Assembly (NCBI GenBank): GCA_964514975.1
Contig: CAZESS010000020.1
Location: 1 to 42,345 of the forward strand
Direction of reading: 5' to 3'
Length of the DNA: 42,345 nt
From: an uncultured Thermoplasmatales archaeon
GTDB lineage: Archaea; Thermoplasmatota; E2; UBA202; DSCA01
Made by a program: the position numbers and the translations under genes. The notes under the pieces were generated by a model. It made no database searches. It worked only from the letters and a program-made list of their open reading frames with translations, and had not been told where the DNA came from. This document shows, one piece after another, positions 40,037 through 42,345 of this stretch (its first letter is position 1; each line of letters opens with the position of its first letter).

Positions 40037-42345
40037 TCCACTTCCCCGTAGACATACACATCGTTCCATTTCGGTTTCTCCCTGTTGCCCGCCCTGTCGA
40101 TGCTGTAGAACTCTATCTCGTATTTCCCGTAGGGTGAGTAGCCATAGCTCCTGCCGAGGTTCGCCAGGTTGATGCGCTCCCCGTGGTATTCCCGCCAGTT
40201 GAACAGCCGGTCCCATGCCTTGCTGTCGTTGTTCCAGCGCCAAATCCGATAATAGGTATGGTTCACGCCGGAGGCGCCCAGCGCCGGATGGTCGCGGGTT
40301 CTCAGCGTGATATCGGTGTCCTCGGGGATCATGTGCATGACATAGTGGATCAGGAAATGCACGTTTGTCACCTCGCCGTGGAAATGCTTCCAGGTCTCCG
40401 GTGGCTCGTTGACGACGGTGGTGTCCACCCGGGCGGTGTCCTCCGCCCCCTCCTGGCATGTCACATGGGCGATGTTTGTCAGGATGGTATCTGTGGGGGT
40501 GCCATATCTGACGCGGACGGTCACCGTGAACGAGACCGAGCCGCCGCTTTCAAGGTCGCCGAGATGCCAGACGAGGGTCTGGTTATCAATCGAGCTGGGC
40601 GATATCGAGGCAGCGAGATAGACCACCTCGTCGGGCAACGTGTCATCGACCACGACATTGGTTGCCGCGCCGTCGCTGGGGTTTATCACGGTGATGGTAT
40701 AGGTGAGCTCCGCCGTCGGCTCAATCATGTCGAGAGACGCGGTCTTCGTGATGACGAGCTGGTCGGCCAGCACAACCTGCGCCGTGATATCCGTCGGCTC
40801 GGTCACCGTCGCGGAAATACCCTCCTGCGAGGTGACGTTGACCGTGTTATATATCGTCGTCGGCGCGCTCCCGGTCACATAGATGTCCGCCACGATGGTG
40901 AACGAAACGCTCCCGCCGGCATGCAACGTCGCCAGCGTCCATGTGACAACGCCATCGCCGTGGCTGCCCTCGCCAGCGTCGGTTACCAGCAGGTAGCCCT
41001 CGTCGTAGTCGTCCACGACGGAGACATTGTGGGCGTCCATGTCACCCGTGTTGTTCACCCAGATGGTATATGTCAGCGTGCCGCCCTCCTCGACCGGGTC
41101 CGGGTTGTCCGATTTTTCAACCGTGAACACCGGCGCCGACTCCACCAGGGTCGTGAGCGATGCGTTGTCGCTGACACCCTCGCCGCTGGTTATCTCCACA
41201 TAGTTGACGAGCGCCGTCCTGTCGGAAAGCGGCAGGTCGACGGCAACCGTTATCGTTATCGTCGCAGACGAATGCGGAGCCAGCGTTCCGATCCTCCAGG
41301 TATTGTTGCCGCTGGACGGTGCAGGTATCGCAGACACAAACGAGGTATGCTCCGGATAGGTCTCGGTGACCGTCACGTTGGTCAGCGGGACATCGCTCGG
41401 GTTGAAATAGGTGATGGTGTAGACGAGACTGTCGCCCGGCGACGCGACCGCAGGCCCCTCTTTCCTGATGCCAACCGCCGGATAGACAACCCGTGTTTCC
41501 TCGGTCGTCCGCCCGGAGCCGGCGTTCCCGGAGAGATACCGCGCCACGTTCATAAGCATGCTCTGGCCGTTGTCAGCAACCGTGCCGGTTATCGTGACCG
41601 TTTTGCTGCCACCGGCGGGGATGGTTCCCAGCGTCCATCTGTCAGTGCCGGTCGACGGCATCGGCGAGGCAGATGTATAGACAAAGTTGGCGTCGTAGTT
41701 CTCAAGCACCCTGACATTGGTGGCCGGGGCGCCGCCGGTGTTCCGCACCGTGATGGTATAGGTCAGCGTGTCGCCCGTCTGCACCGGGTCGGGGCTATCA
41801 GACTTGCTGATGGACAGCGACGGTGGGTTGACCACTGTTCTATTGGTCGGGTCGTCTGTCGGTGGCGTATCAGGGTCATCGGTACGGTCGGTTTCGTTGC
41901 CGTAATAGGTTACCCCCTGGTTGGAAATGATTGTCCCGGAGGGAACCGGGTCGATGACCACCCTGAAAACCACCTGCAGCGAAGCACCGGTTGGAATAAC
42001 GCCGTTCCAGACGACCATGTCATGTGCCGCATCGTATCCAATGCCGTCAGTCAGGCTGTCGTCATTTGGAACGCCGTTTATGATGAGGGAGCCAGGCAGA
42101 TAGGCGGTATACTCAGGGATGCTGTCCTCAAATTCGTTGCCCGGCTGATTGGTGACATTGAGCGTGCCGATGTTATCAAGCCTGACATGATACTCAAGTA
42201 TGTCGCCCGGCATGAGCGGCGCACCGTTCACATCGATTGCTATCTTGGGATCATAGAGCTCATAGAAACGTGGCTCGGTGACGGTGACGGTGGCGGTGCT
42301 GGTGTTGGTGACGTAGCGACCGCTGGTGTCGGTGCCGTTCACCAG
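40033..42345 (-). CDS. Large DUF11-repeat surface protein (5' end outside window)
   Basis: Five repeats of K..S...V..G..L.YTI.V.N...A.NV.V.(D/E), then a C-terminal SGV..TYYRI...IEFYSID.AGN.E domain. Confidence 0.88.
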   Translation of the reverse strand: MVNGTDTSGRYVTNTSTATVTVTEPRFYELYDPKIAIDVNGAPLMPGDILEYHVRLDNIGTLNVTNQPGNEFEDSIPEYTAYLPGSLIINGVPNDDSLTDGIGYDAAHDMVVWNGVIPTGASLQVVFRVVIDPVPSGTIISNQGVTYYGNETDRTDDPDTPPTDDPTNRTVVNPPSLSISKSDSPDPVQTGDTLTYTITVRNTGGAPATNVRVLENYDANFVYTSASPMPSTGTDRWTLGTIPAGGSKTVTITGTVADNGQSMLMNVARYLSGNAGSGRTTEETRVVYPAVGIRKEGPAVASPGDSLVYTITYFNPSDVPLTNVTVTETYPEHTSFVSAIPAPSSGNNTWRIGTLAPHSSATITITVAVDLPLSDRTALVNYVEITSGEGVSDNASLTTLVESAPVFTVEKSDNPDPVEEGGTLTYTIWVNNTGDMDAHNVSVVDDYDEGYLLVTDAGEGSHGDGVVTWTLATLHAGGSVSFTIVADIYVTGSAPTTIYNTVNVTSQEGISATVTEPTDITAQVVLADQLVITKTASLDMIEPTAELTYTITVINPSDGAATNVVVDDTLPDEVVYLAASISPSSIDNQTLVWHLGDLESGGSVSFTVTVRVRYGTPTDTILTNIAHVTCQEGAEDTARVDTTVVNEPPETWKHFHGEVTNVHFLIHYVMHMIPEDTDITLRTRDHPALGASGVNHTYYRIWRWNNDSKAWDRLFNWREYHGERINLANLGRSYGYSPYGKYEIEFYSIDRAGNREKPKWNDVYVYGEVE

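Overview
GC-rich archaeal chromosomal DNA. Thermoplasmatota is the most likely source, inferred from the AglB, eS1, uL16/L10e, eL21 and RpoF genes together with gingipain-like C25 peptidases and DUF11/NosD surface proteins. Most of the window is housekeeping: aglB, a DRG GTPase, nth, a phosphohexomutase, an NDP-sugar synthase, pus10-rpl21e-rpoF-DUF655-rsmA-pepP, rpl10e, tRNA-Phe(GAA), a pssA-like gene, csp, an NTPase, trm1, a class III aminotransferase, rps3ae, NOG1 and a riboflavin kinase. Several predicted secreted hydrolases and surface proteins are interspersed. Two accessory loci stand out. (1) An AT-rich 2.1-kb restriction-modification cassette (TdeIII/MjaII-family endonuclease plus a beta-class amino-methyltransferase) is bounded by an exact 16-bp direct repeat and has no mobility gene. 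It carries an AbrB/MazE-type small gene missed by the ORF track, and a divergent promoter with operator-like repeats. (2) A 10-gene Orange-protein-like operon encodes DUF5320, a Cys4 peptide, two NifB/NifX proteins, two MinD-ferredoxin ATPases, a methyltransferase, a radical SAM protein and a split permease. Two genes are broken by single-base losses in homopolymer runs, probably sequencing errors. All family calls come from motif recognition by eye; no database search was run.
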